56,762 bases of DNA from Candidatus Methylomirabilales bacterium (GTDB lineage Bacteria; Methylomirabilota; Methylomirabilia; Methylomirabilales; CSP1-5): NCBI GenBank assembly GCA_041599135.1, contig JBFHXD010000002.1, positions 1 to 56,762 on the forward strand, written 5' to 3'. A program made the translations under genes and the position numbers. The notes under the pieces were generated by a model. It worked only from the letters and a program-made list of their open reading frames with translations, did no database searches and was not told where the DNA came from. Shown here one piece after another: positions 41,517 through 48,808 of this stretch. Positions within the stretch are counted from its first letter, which is position 1. The number at the start of each line of letters is the position of its first letter.

Positions 41517-41883
41517 AGAAGTGCCGACCCGGCCCGGCCGTATGGCATCCCAGGCAGACCCGGCGGTCAGTGAAGCCGGGGGAGCTTGCCGAAACGTCCA
41601 CCGCAGGTGGCTCGGTAAAGGGCAAAACGCTCGGGGGCAGCTGCCCGCCATGACAGGTGGCACATTCGAGCCCGAGGACCCCGGCATGGATTCTATGGAA
41701 GCGCTGATCCGGCGCCATCCCATAGGCCTTGTTCGCCTTGCCGCCGACGTCGATCTTGCCCTGTTGGATTTTTTTGGCCACCTCGGGCAGTGATACGGAC
41801 TCGTCTTCTGATGCGGTGGCCGCAAATCCGCCGATTAACCCGACCCCAAGCAACACCACCAAGATCGCAATCACCCTGTTCAT
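41497..41883 (-). CDS. Membrane-anchored/secreted dihaem cytochrome c
   Basis: N-terminal hydrophobic helix. Two CxxCH motifs (CATCH, CLGCH). 128 aa. ATGA overlap with the Fe-S subunit gene. Confidence 0.75.
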   Translation of the reverse strand: MNRVIAILVVLLGVGLIGGFAATASEDESVSLPEVAKKIQQGKIDVGGKANKAYGMAPDQRFHRIHAGVLGLECATCHGGQLPPSVLPFTEPPAVDVSASSPGFTDRRVCLGCHTAGPGRHFYGPQKP

Positions 41884-42623
41884 GCTGACCCCCTCCCTGG
41901 CTGTTCGATCTGGCGTGCTCCGTCCCCGGGTCGTGCCTTACCGACGTAATGCACCCGTGGCTGCGTGCCAAAGTCCTCCCGCAGACGGAACGAACGCTTG
42001 TCGGCCACGCGCTTCGAAACCGCGCTTTTTGGGTCATCGAGGTCGCCGAACTCCAGCGCAAAGACCGGGCAGACGTTTACGCACGCGGGCTTGAGCCCTT
42101 TCCCTTCCACCCGCTGGACGCAGAAGGTACACTTGCCCATGATCCCCTGGGGATGGCCAGCACCGGCGATTCTCCGCTTTTCCTTGCCATATTTGCGGAA
42201 CAGGTCCGGATTCTCGTATGGAGGGGAGTCGCCTTTCGTAATCTGAATCAGATCCTTGTCGCCCCAATTCAGGTACTGGTTCTTCTTCCCAGGTTTCCAG
42301 TTGAAGTAATTCACCCCGTACGGACAGGCAATGGCACAATAGCGGCAGCCGATGCACGTGTCAACATTGGTCGCCACCATACCATCCGCCCGCTTGTACC
42401 GTGCCCCGGTCGGACACACCTTGACGCACGGGGCATTGTCACAGTGCTGACAGGGCCGGGGCAGGAACGATATCTTCGTGTTGGGGTACTCCCCCTCCTC
42501 GAACCGAAAGACGTACATCCAGAAGGTACCCTCAGGGGTGTTGTTCTCGACCTTGCACGCCTCCATGCAGGCGCGGCACCCCGTGCACCGATCCACATCT
42601 ACTACCATTCCGTATCTCGGCAT
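41880..42623 (-). CDS. Four-cluster [4Fe-4S] electron-transfer subunit (PsrB/DmsB/NrfC type)
   Basis: CTGCRACMEAC, CQHCDNAPCVKVCP, CIGCRYCAIACP, CTFC...CVNVCP. 247 aa. Confidence 0.9.
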   Translation of the reverse strand: MPRYGMVVDVDRCTGCRACMEACKVENNTPEGTFWMYVFRFEEGEYPNTKISFLPRPCQHCDNAPCVKVCPTGARYKRADGMVATNVDTCIGCRYCAIACPYGVNYFNWKPGKKNQYLNWGDKDLIQITKGDSPPYENPDLFRKYGKEKRRIAGAGHPQGIMGKCTFCVQRVEGKGLKPACVNVCPVFALEFGDLDDPKSAVSKRVADKRSFRLREDFGTQPRVHYVGKARPGDGARQIEQPGRGSA

Positions 42624-42635
42624 CGCTCACCTCCG

Positions 42636-45188
42636 CTAGGCCTTCCAGACTCGAACTTTGACATGGAAGGATTGATCCGCACTGTTGCTCACATAGCCTT
42701 CGCCAGTAAAGAAGAGGATGTTGGAGTTCGGCCCCTTGGTAAAGGGTTCGCTCCCCCTGTTATAGTGGTGGGGCATCCCTACCACATCCGGCCTGATTCC
42801 CTCGGACAGCCGGGCCTGTGTTTTTACTTTTCTCTTCTCTCCGGTCACCGCGTTGTGGGACTCCACCCAGACCATATCGCCGTCCTTGATCCCCTTCGCT
42901 TTGGCCGTCTTGGGGTTGATCTCGAGCCGCTGCTCGGGTGCCAGCTCGGCCAGCAACGGAATCTGGGACGCGCGGGCCTGCTTGAACTCGATGAGCTTGA
43001 AGCTGATCAGGGTGAGGTCATACGTGCTCGGCGAACCTTCCATCGTGGGCGTCCGATAGGCCGGAAGCGCCGTATAGTCCTGCCAGTAAATCTTGTCGAC
43101 TCCTTTCTCCCTCATCTCGCCCTGGTAGCGCAGCAGTGATTCCCCGTAGAGACGATGGCGGTTGCCGCCAAAGGGGGGATCCTGGGCGTACCCATAGTAC
43201 TTCTTCGCCGGCACGGGTCCCTTGACCTTGACCCCGTGCTTCTCGAAGTACGCGATTCCTTCCTTGATTCCCTCTCCTTTTGCCCATGTGTCGAAGATTT
43301 CTCGGACGGTGGGCTTCTTGTTCACGTCTAGCGTGTGCGGGGCCTTCAGCTTGAGCGCCTTGTTGACCTGGGCCAGGTACCCCTTGTCGCCGTACAAGAT
43401 GCCGGCCTTTTCACAGAGATCGAGGTAGATATCGATGTCCCCCCGGCTCTGGTACAGCGGGTTCATCACAGGGATCCGCATCGCAACCGCATCGGTGTAC
43501 TGGTCCGTGGCACTCAAGGGGCCCTCGTACTTCTCCATGGTGGCGGCGGGAAGGACGACATCCGCGAAGTAATCCGCCGTCTCGGACAGCCACGGGTCGA
43601 TGACCGCTATGAACTTCAGCTTCTTGTACGCCTCGATGAAATCCGGTTGCGAGCAGAACGAGCCCAGAGGGTTCGCCATGTGGACGATCATCACCTCTGG
43701 CGTGTAGTCGACCCCGTATTTCTTGGGATTCTGGATCACCTTGGTCACGATCCCGGAGAGGTTACTGTTGATGGGGTAGAACTTCGAGTCTTTGAGATAG
43801 ACGTTATAGGGAGGATCCTTGATCTTGATACTATCGAGCTTCTCCCAGTTCTTGTGGATCTTGTGCGTGTAGTCGATCCGGAGCCCTCCTACCGCCTCGA
43901 CCGCACCGAGGAGCATGGAGACGAGCATCATGGCCCGCAGCGTCTGGAAGCCGAGTTCCGTCTGCGACATGTGGTAGGCCATGATGCTGACCGGGCGGTA
44001 CGGAAGCCGCACGCCGTCCAGCACGATGGTGCTTCCGATCCTAGCGTTGTCACCCAGGTCCCAAGCTACTTGGCGGATGCTGTCCGCCGGGATATCGCAG
44101 ATCTTCGCAGCATGCTCGGGGGTATACTCATCCACGTGCTCCTTAAAGACCTGGAAGGCCGTCTTGACCTTCGCCCGCCCGACGGTGAACTCTCCCTCAA
44201 GCGCCGGCTTGACCCCCTTGGCATCGTGGGGTTTTGCGGACCTGGATGCCGAGTCCCAGACCTGCTCCTTCCCAGCCACGCGGAGGAAGGAACCGTCCTT
44301 CGTCACCAGGAAAGGCGCATTGGTGTGCTTCGTCAGGTACTCCCGGTCGATCGTGCCCCGTCGGATCAACTCGCGGGAGAGTGCCAGGGCCAGGGCCAGG
44401 TCGGTCTGCGGCTTGATGGGGAGCCACTCATCCGTGAAAGGGCCCGCGCCCCTGAGCCGGGGATCGATCACGACGGTCTTCATCCCCCGCTCTTTGGCTT
44501 CGACGAGCTGCTGGGGCCAGGTGAGCCAACACGTCTTGTTGCCACCGGCGTTCGTGATATTCCAGCCCCAGGATAGCAGATAGTTGCAGTGCCGGAAGTC
44601 CGGGTGGAGCACCCCGTGCAAGCCCGTGGTGTACTCACAAGCGCGATACCCGGCGTCAGAGCAATAGGCGCCGTGGTGGAGCTTGGTCGCGCCCGAAGCC
44701 TTGACGAAGGCATCATCGTAGAATTTCTTCGCCTTGCTCCGCCCCTTTTGCCAGAGGAGCAGCCGCTTGTCTCGCTTACGCACGTCATTGATTTTATCCG
44801 CCACCAGTGTCAGGGCCTCGTCCCACGAGACCTGACGCCATTTGCCGGGGACCCCTTTTTCGTTGGTCCGGACCAGGGGGGCCTTTACCCGGTTGGGGTC
44901 ATACATTGCCTGAATCTGGGCAACCCCCTTGGGACACAGCGTTCCCTTGTTCCGCGGATGGTCAGGGTGTCCTTCGAGCTTCACCACCCGCCCGTTGATG
45001 CGGCGGGCAAGGATGCCGCAGTCCTGTTTGCCAATCCAGCAGGTCGTGGGCACCATCTCTTCCGCAGCCGCCGGTGAGCCGGCCATGACCTCCAGCGTCT
45101 CCGGTCCACCGGAGAGGAAGCGGCTGAGGACAAGACCTCCCCCTGCTGCCGCAGAGCCTTTGAGGAAAGATCTTCGTGTAATTTTCAT
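42636..45188 (-). CDS. Tat-exported bis-MGD molybdopterin oxidoreductase catalytic subunit (Psr/Phs/Arr-like clade, substrate unknown)
   Basis: Twin-arginine signal MKITRRSFLKGSAAAGGG. N-terminal Fe-S motif C-x2-G-x3-C-x27-C (TTCWIGKQDCG...LCPKG). 850 aa. RBS AAGGAGG. Confidence 0.88.
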   Translation of the reverse strand: MKITRRSFLKGSAAAGGGLVLSRFLSGGPETLEVMAGSPAAAEEMVPTTCWIGKQDCGILARRINGRVVKLEGHPDHPRNKGTLCPKGVAQIQAMYDPNRVKAPLVRTNEKGVPGKWRQVSWDEALTLVADKINDVRKRDKRLLLWQKGRSKAKKFYDDAFVKASGATKLHHGAYCSDAGYRACEYTTGLHGVLHPDFRHCNYLLSWGWNITNAGGNKTCWLTWPQQLVEAKERGMKTVVIDPRLRGAGPFTDEWLPIKPQTDLALALALSRELIRRGTIDREYLTKHTNAPFLVTKDGSFLRVAGKEQVWDSASRSAKPHDAKGVKPALEGEFTVGRAKVKTAFQVFKEHVDEYTPEHAAKICDIPADSIRQVAWDLGDNARIGSTIVLDGVRLPYRPVSIMAYHMSQTELGFQTLRAMMLVSMLLGAVEAVGGLRIDYTHKIHKNWEKLDSIKIKDPPYNVYLKDSKFYPINSNLSGIVTKVIQNPKKYGVDYTPEVMIVHMANPLGSFCSQPDFIEAYKKLKFIAVIDPWLSETADYFADVVLPAATMEKYEGPLSATDQYTDAVAMRIPVMNPLYQSRGDIDIYLDLCEKAGILYGDKGYLAQVNKALKLKAPHTLDVNKKPTVREIFDTWAKGEGIKEGIAYFEKHGVKVKGPVPAKKYYGYAQDPPFGGNRHRLYGESLLRYQGEMREKGVDKIYWQDYTALPAYRTPTMEGSPSTYDLTLISFKLIEFKQARASQIPLLAELAPEQRLEINPKTAKAKGIKDGDMVWVESHNAVTGEKRKVKTQARLSEGIRPDVVGMPHHYNRGSEPFTKGPNSNILFFTGEGYVSNSADQSFHVKVRVWKA

Positions 45189-45269
45189 ATTCTCCCCTCC
45201 TTAGATAGTACGCGCCGGGGTTTACCCTAATCTCTCACGAGTTCTCCGAGGACTATTTGAACGCTCAAC

Positions 45270-45309
45270 ATAAAAAAGGAGATCGCCCACGATGGGAACG
45301 ATCTCCTTT
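45270..45309 (-). terminator. Intrinsic terminator (attenuator) in the 5' leader of the molybdoenzyme operon
   Basis: Minus strand: AAAGGAGATCG-TTCCCATCGTGGG-CGATCTCCTTT followed by TTTAT. 11-bp perfect stem, inner CCCA/TGGG extension. ~80 nt upstream of ATG 45188. Confidence 0.7.
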
Positions 45310-45427
45310 GCCAATTCAGGCCCGGAGCTAGAGTATCTCGACCGGACCATCGGGCTGGCCGGGGGATCGCTCCCCCGACCGTCGGGTCCATCCCGTCCCT
45401 GGGGGATCAGGATGGTTCGGAGATCTC
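45299..45427 (-). ncRNA. Structured leader; candidate riboswitch aptamer (Moco-type suspected)
   Basis: GAUCUCC (from 45425-45419) can pair with GGAGAUC (45306-45300), closing a ~110-nt multi-hairpin region. That region includes the GNRA hairpin GGGGGA-GCGA-UCCCCC and CCAUCC...GGAUGG. The 3' strand of this helix is also the 5' strand of the terminator. The CUCCGAACC...GGGCCUG...GGCAAAGGAG strings resemble conserved Moco-motif blocks, from memory only. Confidence 0.4.
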
Positions 45428-45761
45428 ACTTTTATTTCTCGGTAACTTCGAGATGCCAGGCCGTCTCTGCCGGCCGAATGAGTCCTGACGCTGCGTGAGC
45501 AAAGCAGGTGCCACAATGAGAGACCGACCCTGATAACGCACTAACTTATCGATTCGTGAAGAAAAAAGAGGACAGAGCTGAAGCGAAGGCGCACAGGCCA
45601 TTGAGGCGTGGCTGCCCCAGAAAGAACGAGGAAAGACACGCGCAAAAACACCGAAAATATCCGAAAGTAGCTATGTTGGAAGTATGGGACACTCTTGCCT
45701 CATTCCTAGGAATTGTCCCTTGGCTGTCCCACTGCTCTCCTCCTCCGTACGCAGGCCTCTA

Positions 45762-45800
45762 CAAAAAAAGAAGGGCTCCGTTCGTTTGACGGAGCCCTTC
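45762..45800 (-). terminator. Rho-independent terminator after the octaheme cytochrome gene
   Basis: Minus strand: GAAGGGCTCCGT-CAAACG-ACGGAGCCCTTC followed by TTTTTTTGT. ~30 nt downstream of the stop at 45832. Confidence 0.8.
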
Positions 45801-45831
45801 ATGGAGTAACAGAAACAAAATCCTGGGCTGG

Positions 45832-46953
45832 CTACTTACCGAGGGTGTGAATATTCTTGCTGTTCTCCAGCGCCCACTTCGTGTCCTGTGCGCCGTGACA
45901 GCGCAGGCAGGCGAAGTCCACGGTCAGTATCCCTGTGGCGAACTTGCCATCGGGGGTGAACATCTTATCTGCCGGATTTGTCGAAATCTTCACGATGTGG
46001 GATTTCACATCGCCGACATATTTCGAAAACTTTTCGGCACTCTTCCCGGCGGGGGGCATATGGCAGTCCATGCACGTGATGCCAGAGAGCTGCATTTTGC
46101 TGCCCTTGAACTCCTTGCCCTGCTTCGAATGGCAGGCCGTGCACTCTCTCCTGATGGAGACCTCCGCCCGCTTATGCGAGTCATGGCAGGTGACGCAGCC
46201 GATCTTGCCTGCATGCGGGCCGGCGAGATACTCGTTGTACTGCTCGTGGTGGCGGATGAACCCACCCTTGGCGGGAATCTTTTCTTTGGTCCCACGAATG
46301 TGACACTGACCGCAAAGGTCCGGGGAAGTGCTCCGCTTGATATTCTCCTTGCTCGGTGCCTCGGCGTGGGCCGCGCCCGGGCCATGGCACTCCTCGCACG
46401 TGATCCCGGGAAAGGCCCACGTGCCGACGATTCCCGGCAGCCCGTCTTGGTGCCCCTCTTTGCTGTACCCGCTGGTGTGGCACGCGCCGCAGTCGTAGGG
46501 CTTTTTCTCGCCTGCGTGGTAGTCCACCCAGCGGCCCGTGGCCAGGTTGTACTGGTTCTTTCCGGGTTGATCCTTATTGGGCCCGGTCTTGGTGATGATA
46601 TATCCCTGTGTGTCAACAAACCGCGCCTTCCAGTTGGCCCCACCGATCACATAGCTGATGTCGTCCCAGTCGTACCCCTCGGGCAGGGGGATTCCCCACG
46701 CCCGGGCCTCGGCGGCGGGGCGAAGTTTCTTGGGATGCCCAGAAGCTCGGTAGTCGTTGTACTTGTCGCTATGGCACTCGGCGCAGGCCTGGGGCCCTGC
46801 ATAGCCCTTTGCCTTGGCCTCGCGTGAAACTTTCTCCGAAGGAAGAAGCAGCGCCTTCTCGTTCGCCCATGTAAATCCAGCGACGAGCACAAAGACCAAG
46901 GACAAGACAGTAAGGGAGCAAACAATATAGGGACGCGCGATACGCCTACGCAT
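45832..46953 (-). CDS. Octaheme c-type cytochrome (secreted or anchored)
   Basis: N-terminal hydrophobic segment. Eight CxxCH motifs (CAECH, CGACH, CEECH, CGQCH, CVTCH, CTACH, CMDCH, CLRCH). 373 aa. Confidence 0.85.
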   Translation of the reverse strand: MRRRIARPYIVCSLTVLSLVFVLVAGFTWANEKALLLPSEKVSREAKAKGYAGPQACAECHSDKYNDYRASGHPKKLRPAAEARAWGIPLPEGYDWDDISYVIGGANWKARFVDTQGYIITKTGPNKDQPGKNQYNLATGRWVDYHAGEKKPYDCGACHTSGYSKEGHQDGLPGIVGTWAFPGITCEECHGPGAAHAEAPSKENIKRSTSPDLCGQCHIRGTKEKIPAKGGFIRHHEQYNEYLAGPHAGKIGCVTCHDSHKRAEVSIRRECTACHSKQGKEFKGSKMQLSGITCMDCHMPPAGKSAEKFSKYVGDVKSHIVKISTNPADKMFTPDGKFATGILTVDFACLRCHGAQDTKWALENSKNIHTLGK

Positions 46954-47057
46954 GGCGACTTCCTTCCGAAGGCTTCACAGTTTTTCGCAGGCCTTCCGAC
47001 ACGAATTCTACATCCTGAAGGGCCTCGCGCACGAATTAAGTCGCGGTCCAATTATAG

Positions 47058-48434
47058 TTAAAACTTCACGGTGATCCTGGCCTGGATGTTATCACTGGTC
47101 TGACGTTCCTCGGCACCGACCAACTTGTCGATCTCCTGCCGGTGCCGGTACCGGAGGTCGAAGACGGTGTTCTTGAAGATGCCCACCTTATACCGCATCT
47201 CGATGCTCCAGGCGTTGTTCGGATAGTCCGGCGAGATCAGATAGCCGGCCTCGGTCCAGTTGAACTGAAACCCGAGGCTCCCGGGCCCCACATTTTTGAG
47301 ATCGAGTCCCGCGACGACGGCGAACCGACCCGCCGACTCCGTGCTGTTTGAGACCTCCAGGACGTTTTCCTGAGGCGTCTGGGTCATCACGCCGAACTCC
47401 CCGAACGGGTGGAGGATGATGGGCTCCAGCCACGAGAGCGGGAAATCCGCCGCGCCTTTGAGCGTGAAGGCGACCATATTCTCCTTCTGCTCGCTGGCGA
47501 GGCCTGCGGGCCGGAGCGCTTGCGGGATGATCGTGACATCCGCCAAGAGCTGGGTGAAGGGCTTCGAGCGAGGCGCTTCCAGGGCCACATAATAGGTGAA
47601 GCGGGAAGCCCCCTCTTCATAGTCGACCGGTCCTCGAGCCCCAACGCCGTTGGTCGGACCGTCCTTGGGGTTTTCCTGGCCGATCAGATGGAGCGTGAAG
47701 GCAGAGGGCCTTCCGATGCTCACGTGGAAGCCGTCGGTCCAAGTGATGTCGAGGCCAGAGGAATCGTGACGGGAGAGGCTGTCCTCCACTACCGAATCCA
47801 CCTCGAACGCGGTTTGGAGCCTTCCGCCCTCGATCGTGAGGAGCTCGTGGGGCTTCAGCGTGAGGAACAGCTCATCGAAGGTCACATCGCCGGGTTCGAG
47901 GCCCCCGTCGAACTTGAACTGGAAATCAAAGTTCTCAATTTCAGTATTGATCCCGAGGGCTAACCGGGCGGTCAGACCGAGCCAGGGAAAGAAAGAGACC
48001 TCAGCCCCTCCGCGGAGCCGGGCCGCCGGGATGACCTTGACAAAGGCGTCGCCGTCTCGCTTCCCCGTTCTGTTGTAAGGTACCGCGGCCCTCAGGTCCC
48101 CGATGAAGGTCACATGCCGCGCCACCCACGACCGCTGCTTTTCCGCGCCGGCCGTCTCTGGCTCACGAGATGGCTCTGCGGGGGCGGAGGCGCTTTCCTG
48201 CTTGGAAGGTTGGTGTTGCTGAACGGTAGGGTCTTGTAGCTTCGCCACCGAATCCGCGCCAACCGCGCGTGTCGGTGTGAGGATCAGCATCGACAGAGCA
48301 AGCACCGCAATCAGTATCCTCTTCAGGGAAAAGAGGACATTCGGAGTTACCCCCGGTTTCGTGGACACACCCAGAGGATAGGGGGTTGATTCAAACGTTG
48401 CGGGACTGAGGGAGTTAGTCACTGGTGCAGCCAC
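47058..48434 (-). CDS. Outer-membrane beta-barrel (porin-like) protein
   Basis: Internal signal-like segment LKRILIAVLALSMLILTPTRAVGA. Long alternating amphipathic beta pattern. C-terminal ...IQARITVKF with terminal Phe. The true start is probably downstream of 48434. Confidence 0.6.
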   Translation of the reverse strand: MAAPVTNSLSPATFESTPYPLGVSTKPGVTPNVLFSLKRILIAVLALSMLILTPTRAVGADSVAKLQDPTVQQHQPSKQESASAPAEPSREPETAGAEKQRSWVARHVTFIGDLRAAVPYNRTGKRDGDAFVKVIPAARLRGGAEVSFFPWLGLTARLALGINTEIENFDFQFKFDGGLEPGDVTFDELFLTLKPHELLTIEGGRLQTAFEVDSVVEDSLSRHDSSGLDITWTDGFHVSIGRPSAFTLHLIGQENPKDGPTNGVGARGPVDYEEGASRFTYYVALEAPRSKPFTQLLADVTIIPQALRPAGLASEQKENMVAFTLKGAADFPLSWLEPIILHPFGEFGVMTQTPQENVLEVSNSTESAGRFAVVAGLDLKNVGPGSLGFQFNWTEAGYLISPDYPNNAWSIEMRYKVGIFKNTVFDLRYRHRQEIDKLVGAEERQTSDNIQARITVKF

Positions 48435-48650
48435 CTCCTTCTGGGTCTCTCCGGCCGGGTGCGCCAGGCAAAGTAGCCACTGCGACTCATGCGGAGCGCT
48501 TGACTAAGCCGGCCCACACGGATAAAGCGCCCTTGAGCATTGCGCCAGGGTTCAATCGGAGATCCGGACGCTTTCACAGGGGGTTGCGCCGGCAAAGACA
48601 AGAATGAAAGGCTCCGTCACTCTGCTGGAACGCTTACAGCAAACGAGGCT

Positions 48651-48755
48651 GCACAGGGCCGGATTTGACCCGGGAACCCTCTGGTCACACTCAACGTACG
48701 GAAGCAGATCGGCTGCAGGCCCGAGCTGGGCCTTTTGCTCGCCGCACGCGGGTCT
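48651..48755. repeat. Copy A of a ~105-bp direct repeat (thioredoxin-segment fragment, AGA at the position of the TGA)
   Basis: Hand alignment with 50604-50708 shows about 10 mismatches. Minus-frame peptide RPACGEQKAQLGPAADLLPYVECDQRVPGSNPALC versus (TGA)PACGEQKAQFGPAADLLPYVECDQRVPGSNPGLC. Confidence 0.85.
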
Positions 48756-48808
48756 CGGCGTGGTTCCGCAGACTACGGCGCCGATCTTACTGGCATGACG
48801 GATTCGCG

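Noticed and set aside
40794-41825. Full 343-aa ORF taken as the chaperone gene
   Set aside because: The first ~103 codons overlap the dihaem cytochrome gene in another frame and are Arg/Pro/Ser-rich. TorD-like similarity starts only after the ATG at 41516.
41949-44576. Plus-strand ORFs of 396 aa and 413 aa (41949-43139, 43335-44576)
   Set aside because: They are antisense to the Fe-S and molybdopterin subunit genes and are shadow ORFs of a high-GC region.
45310-45760. Small ORFs (62-77 aa) in the leader between the two terminators, and the possibility of tmRNA, SRP RNA, 6S RNA or RNase P RNA
   Set aside because: The ORF translations are implausible and lack an RBS. I could not find the conserved cores of the housekeeping RNAs. 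A cis-regulatory leader fits the position better.
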